From Camelus dromedarius (taxonomy: Eukaryota), in assembly GCF_036321535.1 (NCBI RefSeq), contig NC_087436.1:620001-684000 (forward strand): a DNA stretch of 64,000 nucleotides. Direction: 5' to 3'. The notes under the pieces were generated by a model. The model saw only the letters and a program-made list of their open reading frames with translations, was not told the DNA's origin and made no database searches. Within the stretch, counting starts at the first letter, position 1; every line of letters begins with the position of its first letter. Of the stretch, positions 1 to 12,000 are shown piece after piece. Made by a program: the position numbers and the translations under genes.

Positions 1-249
1 GTTGGAGCTTCTACCTCCTCATATATATGTATGGAATGGAGTTTGCAACTGAAAAGAAACTTTGTGTTCCCAAAAAGCAAGGTGAAGGACTGCTTTCACA
101 CACACTTATCTCTCAGAACTGAGCAAGTGGAGAGACGTTCGTTCATCTAGAACCAAGGGAACGGGTTGCAGGAGACACTTATTCTCTGCTTTCTCAGTCT
201 GTTTCCTAGTGCCGGTTTGAAGTTCCTGCAGTTTTCACTGTAAAACCGA
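1..249 (+). repeat. Reference monomer (249 bp) with one PstI site (CTGCAG, 226-231) and one MspI/HpaII site (CCGG)
   Basis: GTTGGAG at 1 recurs at 250. CCTGCAG and GCCGG are present in nearly every monomer. Confidence 0.97.
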
Positions 250-2699
250 GTTGGAGCTTGTACCTCCCCATATATATGTATGGAATGGAGTTTGCAACTG
301 AAAAGAAACTTTGTGTTCCCAAAAAGCAAGGTGAAGGACTGCTTTCACACACACTTATCTCTCAGAACTGAGCAAGTGGAGAGACGTTCGTTCATCTAGC
401 ACCAAGGGAACGGGTTGCAGGAGACACTTTTTCTCTGCTTTCTCAGTCTGTTTCCTAGTGCCGGTTTGAAGTTCCTGCAGTTTTCACTGTAAAACGGAGT
501 TGGAGTTTCTACCTCCCCATATATATGTATGGAATGGAGTTTGCAACTGAAAAGAAACTTTGTGTTCCCAACAAGCTAGGTGAAGGACGGCTTTCACACA
601 CACTTATCTCTCAGAACTGAGCAAGTGGAGAGACTTTCGTTCATCTAGCACCAAGGGAACGGGTTGCAGGAGACAATTTTTCTCTGCTTTCTCAGTCTGT
701 TTCCTAGTGCCGGTTTGAAGTTCCTGCAGTTTTCACTGTCAAACCGAGTTGGAGCTAGTACCTCCCCATATATATGTATGGAATGGAGTTTGCAACTGAA
801 AAGAAACTTTGTGTTCCCAACAAGCTAGGTGAAGGACGGCTTTCACACACAATTATCTCTCAGAACTGAGCAAGTGGAGAGACTTTCGTTCATCTAGCAC
901 CAAGGAAACGGGTTGCCGGAGACACTTTTTCTCTGCTTTCTCAGTCTGTTTCCTAGTGCCGGTTTGAAGTTCCTGCAGTTTTCACTGTCAAACCGAGTTG
1001 GAGCTTGTACCTCCCCATATATATGTATGGAATGGAGTTTGCAACTGAAAAGAAACTTTGTGTTCCCAACAAGCTAGGTTAAAGACGGCTTTCACACACA
1101 CTTATCTCTCAGAACAGAGCAAGTGGAGAGACGTTCGTTCATCTAGCACCAAGGGAACGGGTTGCAGGAGACACTTTTTCTCTGCTTTCTCAGTCTGTTT
1201 CCTAGTGCCGGTTTGAAGTTCCTGCAGTTTTCACTGTAAAATCGAGTTGGAGCTAGTACCTCCCCATATATATGTATGGAATGGAGTTTACAACTGAAAA
1301 GAAACTTTGTGTTCCCAACAAGCTAGGTGAAGGACGGCTTTCACACACACTTATCCCTCAGAACTGAGCAAGTGGAGAGACGTTCGTTCATCTAGCACCA
1401 AGGGAACGGGTTGCAGGAGACACTTTTTCTCTGCTTTCTCAGACTGTTTCCTAGTGACTGTTTGAAGTTCCTTCAGTTTTCACTGTAAAACCGAGTTGGA
1501 GCTATTACCTCCCCATATATATGTATGGAATGGAGTTTGCAACTGAAAAGAAACTTTGTGTTCCCAACAAGCTAGGTGAAGGACGGCTTTCACACACACT
1601 TATCTCTCAGAACTGAGCAAGTGGAGAGACGTTCGTTCATCTAGCACCAAGGGAACGGGTTGCAGGAGACACTTTTTCTCTGCTTCTCAGTCTGTTTCCT
1701 AGTGCCGGTTTGAAGTTCCTGCAGTTTTCACTGTAAAACCGAGTTGGAGCTAGTACCTCCCCATATATATGTATGGAATGGAGTTTGCAACTGAAAAGAA
1801 ACTTTGTGTTCCCAACAAGCTAGGTGAAGGACGGCTTTCACACACACTTATCTCTCAGAACAGAGCAAGTGGAGAGACGTTCGTTCATCTAGCACCAAGG
1901 GAACGGGTTGCAGGAGACACTTTTTCTCTGCTTTCTCAGTCTGTTTCCTAGTGCCGGTTTGAAGTTCCTGCAGTTTTCACTGTCAAACCGTGTTGGAGCT
2001 TGTACCTCCCCATATATATGTATGGAATGGAGTTTGCAACTGAAAAGAAACTTTGTGTTCCCAACAAGCTAGGTGAAGGATGGCTTTCACACACAATTAT
2101 CTCTCAGAACAGAGCAAGTAGAGAGACGTTCGTTCATCTAGCACCTAGGGAACGGGTTGCAGGAGACACTTTTTCTCTGCTTTCTCAGTCTGTTACCTAG
2201 TGCCGGTTTGAAGTTCCTGCAGTTTTCACTGTCAAACCGAGTTGGAGCTAGTACCTCCCCATATATATGTATGGAATGGAGTTTGCAACTGAAAAGAAAC
2301 TTTGTGTTCCCAACAAGCTAGGTGAAGGACGGCTTTCACACACACTTATCTCTCAGAACTGAGCAAGTGGAGAGACGTTCGTTCATCTAGCACCAGGGAA
2401 CGGGTTGCAGGAGACACTTTTTCTCTGCTTCCTCAGTCTGTTTCCTAGTGCCGGTTTGAAGTTCCTGCAGTTTTCACTGTAAAACCGAGTTGGAGCTTGT
2501 ACCTCCCCATATATATGTATGGAATGGAGTTTGCAACTGAAAAGAAACTTTGTGTTCCCAACAAGCTAGGTGAAGGACGGCTTTCACACACACTTATCTC
2601 TCAGAACTGAGCAAGTGGAGAGACGTTCGTTCATCTAGCACCAAGGGAACGGGTTGCAGGGGACACTTTTTCTCTGCTTTCTCAGTCTGTTTCCTAGTG

Positions 2700-5550
2700 C
2701 CGGTTTGAAGTTCCTGCAGTTTTCACTGTAAAACCGAGTTGGAGCTTCTACCTCCCCATATATATGTATGGAATGGAGTTTGCAACTGAAAAGAAACTTT
2801 GTGTTCCCAACAAGCTAGTTGAAGTACGGCTTTCACACACACTTATCTCTCAGAACAGAGCAAGTGGAGAGACGTTCGTTCATCTAGCACCAAGGGAACG
2901 GGTTGCAGGAGACACTTTTTCTCTGCTTTATCAGTCTGTTTCCTAGTGCCGGTTTGAAGTTCCTGCAGTTTTCACTGTCAAACCGAGTTGGAGCTAGTAC
3001 CTCCCCATATATATGTATGGAATGGAGTTTGCAACTGAAAAGAAACTTTGTGTTCCCAACAAGCTAGGTGAAGGACGGCTTTCACACACACTTATCTCTC
3101 AGAACTGAGCAAGTGGAGAGACGTTCGTTCATCTAGCACCAAGGGAACGGGTTGCAGGAGACACTTTTTCTCTGCTTCCTCAGTCTGTTTCCTAGTGCCG
3201 GTTTGAAGTTCCTGCAGTTTTCACTGTAAAACCGAGTTGGAGCTTCTACCTCCTCATATATATGTATGGAATGGAGTTTGCAACTGAAAAGAAACTTTGT
3301 GTTCCCAAAAAGCAAGGTGAAGGACTGCTTTCACACACACTTATCTCTCAGAACTGAGCAAGTGGAGAGACGTTCGTTCATCTAGAACCAAGGGAACGGG
3401 TTGCAGGAGACACTTATTCTCTGCTTTCTCAGTCTGTTTCCTAGTGCCGGTTTGAAGTTCCTGCAGTTTTCACTGTAAAACCGAGTTGGAGCTTGTACCT
3501 CCCCATATATATGTATGGAATGGAGTTTGCAACTGAAAAGAAACTTTGTGTTCCCAACAAGCTAGGTGAAGGACGGCTTTCACACACACTTATCTCTCAG
3601 AACTGAGCAAGTGGAGAGACGTTCGTTCATCTAGCACCAAGGGATCGGGTTGCAGGAGACACTTTTTCTCTGCTTCTCAGTCTGTTTCCTAGTGCCGGTT
3701 TGAAGTTCCTGCAGTTTTCACTGTAAAACAGAGTTGGAGCTAGTACCTCCCCATATATATGTATGGAATGGAGTTTGCAACTGAAAAGAAACTTTGTGTT
3801 CCCAACAAGCTAGGTGAAGGACGGCTTTCACACACACTTATCTCTCAGAACTGAGCAAGTGGAGAGACGTTCGTTCATCTAGCACCAAGGGAACGGGTTG
3901 CAGGAGACACTTTTTCTCTGCTTTCTCAGTCTGTTTCCTAGTGCCGGTTTGAAGTTCCTGCAGTTTTCACTGTGAAACCGTGTTGGAGCTTGTACCACCC
4001 CATATATATGTATGGAATGGAGTTTGCAACTGAAAAGAAACTTTGTGTTCCCAACAAGCTAGGTGAAGGACGGCTTTCACACACACTTATCTCTCAGAAC
4101 TGAGCAAGTGGAGAGACGTTCGTTCATCTAGCACCAAGGGAACGGGTTGCAGGAGACACTTTTTCTCTGCTTCCTCAGTCTGTTTCCTAGTGCCGGTTTG
4201 AAGTTCCTGCAGTTTTCACTGTAAAACCGAGTTGGAGCTTCTACCTCCCCATATATATGTATGGAATGGAGTTTGCAACTGAAAAGAAACTTTGTGTTCC
4301 CAACAAGCTAGTTGAAGTACGGCTTTCACACACACTTATCTCTCAGAACAGAGCAAGTGGAGAGACGTTCGTTCATCTAGCACCAAGGGAACGGGTTGCA
4401 GGAGACACTTTTTCTCTGCTTTCTCAGTCTGTTTCCTAGTGCCGGTTTGAAGTTCCTGCAGTTTTCACTGTCAAACCGAGTTGGAGCTAGTACCTCCCCA
4501 TATATATGTATGGAATGGAGTTTGCAACTGAAAAGAAACTTTGTGTTCCCAACAAGCTAGGTGAAGGACGGCTTTCACACACACTTATCTCTCAGAACTG
4601 AGCAAGTGGAGAGACGTTCGTTCATCTAGCACCAAGGGAACGGGTTGCAGGAGACACTTTTTCTCTGCTTCCTCAGTCTGTTTCCTAGTGCCGGTTTGAA
4701 GTTCCTGCAGTTTTCACTGTAAAACCGAGTTGGAGCTTCTACCTCCTCATATATATGTATGGAATGGAGTTTGCAACTGAAAAGAAACTTTGTGTTCCCA
4801 AAAAGCAAGGTGAAGGACTGCTTTCACACACACTTATCTCTCAGAACTGAGCAAGTGGAGAGACGTTCGTTCATCTAGAACCAAGGGAACGGGTTGCAGG
4901 AGACACTTATTCTCTGCTTTCTCAGTCTGTTTCCTAGTGCCGGTTTGAAGTTCCTGCAGTTTTCACTGTAAAACCGAGTTGGAGCTTGTACCTCCCCATA
5001 TATATGTATGGAATGGAGTTTGCAACTGAAAAGAAACTTTGTGTTCCCAACAAGCTAGGTGAAGGACGGCTTTCACACACACTTATCTCTCAGAACTGAG
5101 CAAGTGGAGAGACGTTCGTTCATCTAGCACCAAGGGATCGGGTTGCAGGAGACACTTTTTCTCTGCTTCTCAGTCTGTTTCCTAGTGCCGGTTTGAAGTT
5201 CCTGCAGTTTTCACTGTAAAACAGAGTTGGAGCTAGTACCTCCCCATATATATGTATGGAATGGAGTTTGCAACTGAAAAGAAACTTTGTGTTCCCAACA
5301 AGCTAGGTGAAGGACGGCTTTCACACACACTTATCTCTCAGAACTGAGCAAGTGGAGAGACGTTCGTTCATCTAGCACCAAGGGAACGGGTTGCAGGAGA
5401 CACTTTTTCTCTGCTTTCTCAGTCTGTTTCCTAGTGCCGGTTTGAAGTTCCTGCAGTTTTCACTGTGAAACCGTGTTGGAGCTTGTACCACCCCATATAT
5501 ATGTATGGAATGGAGTTTGCAACTGAAAAGAAACTTTGTGTTCCCAACAA
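2700..5550. repeat. Tandem duplication of a 6-monomer block (period 1493 bp)
   Basis: Shared rare variants at offset 1493: GGGATCGGG at ~3641 and ~5134; GTGAAACCGTG...TACCACCCC at ~3972 and ~5465; ORF pairs 2764/4257 and 3133/4626. Confidence 0.85.
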
Positions 5551-7049
5551 GCTAGGTGAAGGATGGCTTTAACACACAATTATCTCTCAGAACAGAGCAA
5601 GTAGAGAGACGTTCGTTCATCTAGCACCTAGGGAACGGGTTGCAGGAGACACTTTTTCTCTGCTTTCTCAGTCTGTTACCTAGTGCCGGTTTGAAGTTCC
5701 TGCAGTTTTCACTGTCAAACCGAGTTGGAGCTAGTACCTCCCCATATATATGTATGGAATGGAGTTTGCAACTGAAAAGAAACTTTGTGTTCCCAACAAG
5801 CTAGGTGAAGGACGGCTTTCACACACACTTATCTCTCAGAACTGAGCAAGTGGAGAGACGTTCGTTCATCTAGCACCAAGGGAACGGGTTGCAGGGGACA
5901 CTTTTTCTCTGCTTTCTCAGTCTGTTTCCTAGTGCCGGTTTGAAGTTCCTGCAGTTTTCACTGTAAAACAGAGTTGGAGCTTCTACCTCCCCATATATAT
6001 ATATGGAATGGTGTTTGCAACTGAAAAGAAACTTTGTGTTCCCAACAAGCTAGGTGAAGTACGGCTTTCACACAAACTTATCTCTCAGAACAGAGCAAGT
6101 GGAGAGACGTTCGTTCATCTAGTACCAAGGGAACGGGTTGCAGGAGACACTTTTTCTCTGCTTTCTCAGTCTGTTTCCTAGTGCCGGTTTGAAGTTCCTG
6201 CAGTTTTCACTGTCAAACCGAGTTGGAGCTAGTACCTCCCCATATATATGTATGGAATGGAGTTTGCAACTGAAAAGAAACTTTGTGTTCCCAACAAGCT
6301 AGGTGAAGGACGGCTTTCACACACACTTATCTCTCAGAACTGAGCAAGTGGAGAGACGTTCGTTCATCTAGCACCAAGGGAACGGGTTGCAGGAGACACT
6401 TTTTCTCTGCTTTCTCAGACTGTTTCCTAGTGACTGTTTGAAGTTCCTTCAGTTTTCACTGTAAAACCGAGTTGGAGCTATTACCTCCCCATATATATGT
6501 ATGGAATGGAGTTTGCAACTGAAAAGAAACTTTGTGTTCCCAACAAGCTAGGTGAAGGACGGCTTTCACACACACTTATCTCTCAGAACTGAGCAAGTGG
6601 AGAGACGTTCGTTCATCTAGCACCAAGGGAACGGGTTGCAGGAGACACTTTTTCTCTGCTTCTCAGTCTGTTTCCTAGTGCCGGTTTGAAGTTCCTGCAG
6701 TTTTCACTGTAAAACCGAGTTGGAGCTAGTACCTCCCCATATATATGTATGGAATGGAGTTTGCAACTGAAAAGAAACTTTGTGTTCCCAACAAGCTAGG
6801 TGAAGGACGGCTTTCACACACACTTATCTCTCAGAACAGAGCAAGTGGAGAGACGTTCGTTCATCTAGCACCAAGGGAACGGGTTGCAGGAGACACTTTT
6901 TCTCTGCTTTCTCAGTCTGTTTCCTAGTGCCGGTTTGAAGTTCCTGCAGTTTTCACTGTCAAACCGAGTTGGAGCTTGTACCTCCCCATATATATGTATG
7001 GAATGGAGTTTGCAACTGAAAAGAAACTTTGTGTTCCCAACAAGCTAGG

Positions 7050-9040
7050 TGAAGGATGGCTTTCACACACAATTATCTCTCAGAACAGAGCAAGTAGAGA
7101 GACGTTCGTTCATCTAGCACCTAGGGAACGGGTTGCAGGAGACACTTTTTCTCTGCTTTCTCAGTCTGTTACCTAGTGCCGGTTTGAAGTTCCTGCAGTT
7201 TTCACTGTCAAACCGAGTTGGAGCTAGTACCTCCCCATATATATGTATGGAATGGAGTTTGCAACTGAAAAGAAACTTTGTGTTCCCAACAAGCTAGGTG
7301 AAGGACGGCTTTCACACACACTTATCTCTCAGAACTGAGCAAGTGGAGAGACGTTCGTTCATCTAGCACCAGGGAACGGGTTGCAGGAGACACTTTTTCT
7401 CTGCTTCCTCAGTCTGTTTCCTAGTGCCGGTTTGAAGTTCCTGCAGTTTTCACTGTAAAACCGAGTTGGAGCTTGTACCTCCCCATATATATGTATGGAA
7501 TGGAGTTTGCAACTGAAAAGAAACTTTGTGTTCCCAACAAGCTAGGTGAAGGACGGCTTTCACACACACTTATTTCTCAGAACTGAGCAAGTGGAGAGTC
7601 GTTCGTTCATCTAGCACCAAGGGAACGGGTTGCAGGGGACACTTTTTCTCTGCTTTCTCAGTCTGTTTCCTAGTGCCGGTTTGAAGTTCCTGCAGTTTTC
7701 ACTGTAAAACCGAGTTGGAGCTTCTACCTCCCCATATATATGTATGGAATGGAGTTTGCAACTGAAAAGAAACTTTGTGTTCCCAACAAGCTAGTTGAAG
7801 TACGGCTTTCACACACACTTATCTCTCAGAACAGAGCAAGTGGAGAGACGTTCGTTCATCTAGCACCAAGGGAACGGGTTGCAGGAGACACTTTTTCTCT
7901 GCTTTATCAGTCTGTTTCCTAGTGCCGGTTTGAAGTTCCTGCAGTTTTCACTGTCAAACCGAGTTGGAGCTAGTACCTCCCCATATATATGTATGGAATG
8001 GAGTTTGCAACTGAAAAGAAACTTTGTGTTCCCAACAAGCTAGGTGAAGGATGGCTTTCACACACAATTATCTCTCAGAACAGAGCAAGTAGAGAGACGT
8101 TCGTTCATCTAGCACCTAGGGAACGGGTTGCAGGAGACACTTTTTCTCTGCTTTCTCAGTCTGTTACCTAGTGCCGGTTTGAAGTTCCTGCAGTTTTCAC
8201 TGTCAAACCGAGTTGGAGCTAGTACCTCCCCATATATATGTATGGAATGGAGTTTGCAACTGAAAAGAAACTTTGTGTTCCCAACAAGCTAGGTGAAGGA
8301 CGGCTTTCACACACACTTATCTCTCAGAACTGAGCAAGTGGAGAGACGTTCGTTCATCTAGCACCAGGGAACGGGTTGCAGGAGACACTTTTTCTCTGCT
8401 TCCTCAGTCTGTTTCCTAGTGCCGGTTTGAAGTTCCTGCAGTTTTCACTGTAAAACCGAGTTGGAGCTTGTACCTCCCCATATATATGTATGGAATGGAG
8501 TTTGCAACTGAAAAGAAACTTTGTGTTCCCAACAAGCTAGGTGAAGGACGGCTTTCACACACACTTATTTCTCAGAACTGAGCAAGTGGAGAGTCGTTCG
8601 TTCATCTAGCACCAAGGGAACGGGTTGCAGGGGACACTTTTTCTCTGCTTTCTCAGTCTGTTTCCTAGTGCCGGTTTGAAGTTCCTGCAGTTTTCACTGT
8701 AAAACCGAGTTGGAGCTTCTACCTCCCCATATATATGTATGGAATGGAGTTTGCAACTGAAAAGAAACTTTGTGTTCCCAACAAGCTAGTTGAAGTACGG
8801 CTTTCACACACACTTATCTCTCAGAACAGAGCAAGTGGAGAGACGTTCGTTCATCTAGCACCAAGGAAACGGGTTGCAGGAGACACTTTTTCTCTGCTTT
8901 ATCAGTCTGTTTCCTAGTGCCGGTTTGAAGTTTCTGCAGTTTTCACTGTCAAACCGAGTTGGAGCTAGTACCTCCCCATATATATGTATGGAATGGAGTT
9001 TGCAACTGAAAAGAAACTTTGTGTTCCCAACAAGCTAGGT
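7050..9040. repeat. Tandem duplication of a 4-monomer block (period 995 bp)
   Basis: Private variants TTATTTCTCAG and GAGAGTCG at ~7570-7600 and ~8565-8595; ORF pair 7740/8735. Confidence 0.85.
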
Positions 9041-12000
9041 GAAGGACGGCTTTCACACACACTTATCTCTCAGAACTGAGCAAGTGGAGAGACGTTCGTT
9101 CATCTAGCACCAAGGGAACGGGTTGCAGGAGACACTTTTTCTCTGCTTCCTCAGTCTGTTTCCTAGTGCCGGTTTGAAGTTCCTGCAGTTTTCACTGTAA
9201 AACTGAGTTGGAGCTTCTACCTCCTCATATATATGTATGGAATGGAGTTTGCAACTGAAAAGAAACTTTGTGTTCCCAAAAAGCAAGGTGAAGGACTGCT
9301 TTCACACACACTTATCTCTCAGAACTGAGCAAGTGGAGAGACGTTCGTTCATCTAGAACCAAGGGAACGGGTTGCAGGAGACACTTATTCTCTGCTTTCT
9401 CAGTCTGTTTCCTAGTGCCGGTTTGAAGTTCCTGCAGTTTTCACTGTAAAACCGAGTTGGAGCTTGTACCTCCCCATATATATGTATGGAATGGAGTTTG
9501 CAACTGAAAAGAAACTTTGTGTTCCCAACAAGCTAGGTGAAGGACGGCTTTCACACACACTTATCTCTCAGAACTGAGCAAGTGGAGAGACGTTCGTTCA
9601 TCTAGCACCAAGGGATCGGGTTGCAGGAGACACTTTTTCTCTGCTTCTCAGTCTGTTTCCTAGTGCCGGTTTGAAGTTCCTGCAGTTTTCACTGTAAAAC
9701 AGAGTTGGAGCTAGTACCTCCCCATATATATGTATGGAATGGAGTTTGCAACTGAAAAGAAACTTTGTGTTCCCAACAAGCTAGGTGAAGGACGGCTTTC
9801 ACACACACTTATCTCTCAGAACTGAGCAAGTGGAGAGACGTTCGTTCATCTAGCACCAAGGGAACGGGTTGCAGGAGACACTTTTTCTCTGCTTTCTCAG
9901 TCTGTTTCCTAGTGCCGGTTTGAAGTTCCTGCAGTTTTCACTGTCAAACCGTGTTGGAGCTTGTATAACCCATATATATGTATGGAATGGAGTTTGCAAC
10001 TGAAAAGAAACTTTGTGTTCCCAACAAGCTAGGTGAAGGATGGCTTTCACACACAATTATCTCTCAGAACAGAGCAAGTAGAGAGACGTTCGTTCATCTA
10101 GCACCTAGGGAACGGGTTGCAGGAGACACTTTTTCTCTGCTTTCTCAGTCTGTTACCTAGTGCCGGTTTGAAGTTCCTGCAGTTTTCACTGTCAAACCGA
10201 GTTGGAGCTAGTACCTCCCCATATATATGTATGGAATGGAGTTTGCAACTGAAAAGAAACTTTGTGTTCCCAACAAGCTAGGTGAAGGACGGCTTTCACA
10301 CACACTTATCTCTCAGAACTGAGCAAGTGGAGAGACGTTCGTTCATCTAGCACCAAGGGAACGGGTTGCAGGGGACACTTTTTCTCTGCTTTCTCAGTCT
10401 GTTTCCTAGTGCCGGTTTGAAGTTCCTGCAGTTTTCACTGTAAAACAGAGTTGGAGCTTCTACCTCCCCATATATATATATGGAATGGTGTTTGCAACTG
10501 AAAAGAAACTTTGTGTTCCCAACAAGCTAGGTGAAGTACGGCTTTCACACAAACTTATCTCTCAGAACAGAGCAAGTGGAGAGACGTTCGTTCATCTAGC
10601 ACCAAGGGAACGGGTTGCAGGAGACACTTTTTCTCTGCTTTCTCAGTCTGTTTCCTAGTGCCGGTTTGAAGTTCCTGCAGTTTTCACTGTCAAACCGAGT
10701 TGGAGCTAGTACCTCCCCATATATATGTATGGAATGGAGTTTGCAACTGAAAAGACACTTTGTGTTCCCAACAAGCTAGGTGAAGGACGGCTTTCACACA
10801 CACTTATCTCTCAGAACTGAGCAAGTGGAGAGACGTTCGTTCATCTAGCACCAAGGGAACGGGTTGCAGGAGACACTTTTTCTCTGCTTTCTCAGTCTGT
10901 TTCCTAGTGCCGGTTTGAAGTTCCTGCAGTTTTCACTGTAAAACCAAGTTGGAGCTTCTACCTCCTCATATATATGTATGGAATGGAGTTTGCAACTGAA
11001 AAGAAACTTTGTGTTCCCAACAAGCTAGGTGAAGGACGGCTTTCACACACACTTATCTCTCAGAACTGAGCAAGTGGAGAGACGTTCGTTCATCTAGCAC
11101 CAAGGGAACGGGTTGAAGGAGACACTTTTTCTCTGCTTTCTCAGTCGGTTTCCTAGTGCCGGTTAGAAGTTCCTGCAGTTTTCACTGTCTAACCGAGTTG
11201 GAGCTAGTACTTCCCATATATATGTATGGAATTGAGTTTGCAACTGAAAAGAAACTTTGTGTTCCCAACAAGCTAGGTGAAGTACGGCTTTCACAGAAAA
11301 TTATCTCTCAGAACTGAGCAAGTGGAGAGACGTTCGTTCATCTAGCACCAAGGGAACGGGTTGCAGGAGACACTTTTTCTCTGCTTCCTCAGTCTGTTTC
11401 CTAGTGCCGGTTTGAAGTTCCTGCAGTTTTCACTGTCAAACCGAGTTGGAGCTTCTACCTCCCCATATATATGTATGGAATGTAGTTTGCAACTGAAAAG
11501 AAACTTTGTGTTCCCAACAAGCTAGGTGAAGGACGGCTTTCACACACACTTATCTCTCAGAACTGAGCAAGTGGAGAGACGTTCGTTCATCTAGCACCAA
11601 GGGAACGGCTTGCAGGGGACACTTTTTCTCTGCTTTCTCAGTCTGTTTCCTAGTGCCGGTTTGAAGTTCCTGCAGTTTTCACTGTAAAACCGAGTTGGAG
11701 CTTCTACCTCCACATATATATGTATGGAATGGAGTTTGCAACTGAAAAGAAACTTTGTGTTCCCAACAAGCTAGTTGAAGGACGGCTTTCACACACACTT
11801 ATCTCTCAGAACAGAGCAAGTGGAGAGACGTTCGTTCATCTAGCACCAAGGGAACGGGTTGCAGGGGACACTTTTTCTCTGCTATCTCAGTCTGTTTCCT
11901 AGTGCCGGTTTGAAGTTCCTGCAGTTTTCACTGTAAAACCGAGTTGGAGCTTCTACCACCCCATATATATGTATGGAATGGAGTTTGCAACTGAAAAGAA

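Noticed and set aside
31..40. ATGGAATGGA, resembling human satellite II/III (GGAAT)n
   Set aside because: Fewer than two full units per monomer, which is too short to imply homology.
397..475. Pol III A-box/B-box-like motifs (TAGCACCAAGG ... GGTTTGAAGTTCC), suggesting a tRNA/SINE or 5S-type gene array
   Set aside because: The B-box lacks the invariant GTTC core, the A-box match is loose, a T5 run lies between them, and I see no cloverleaf or 5S similarity. tRNAscan-SE or Rfam would settle it.
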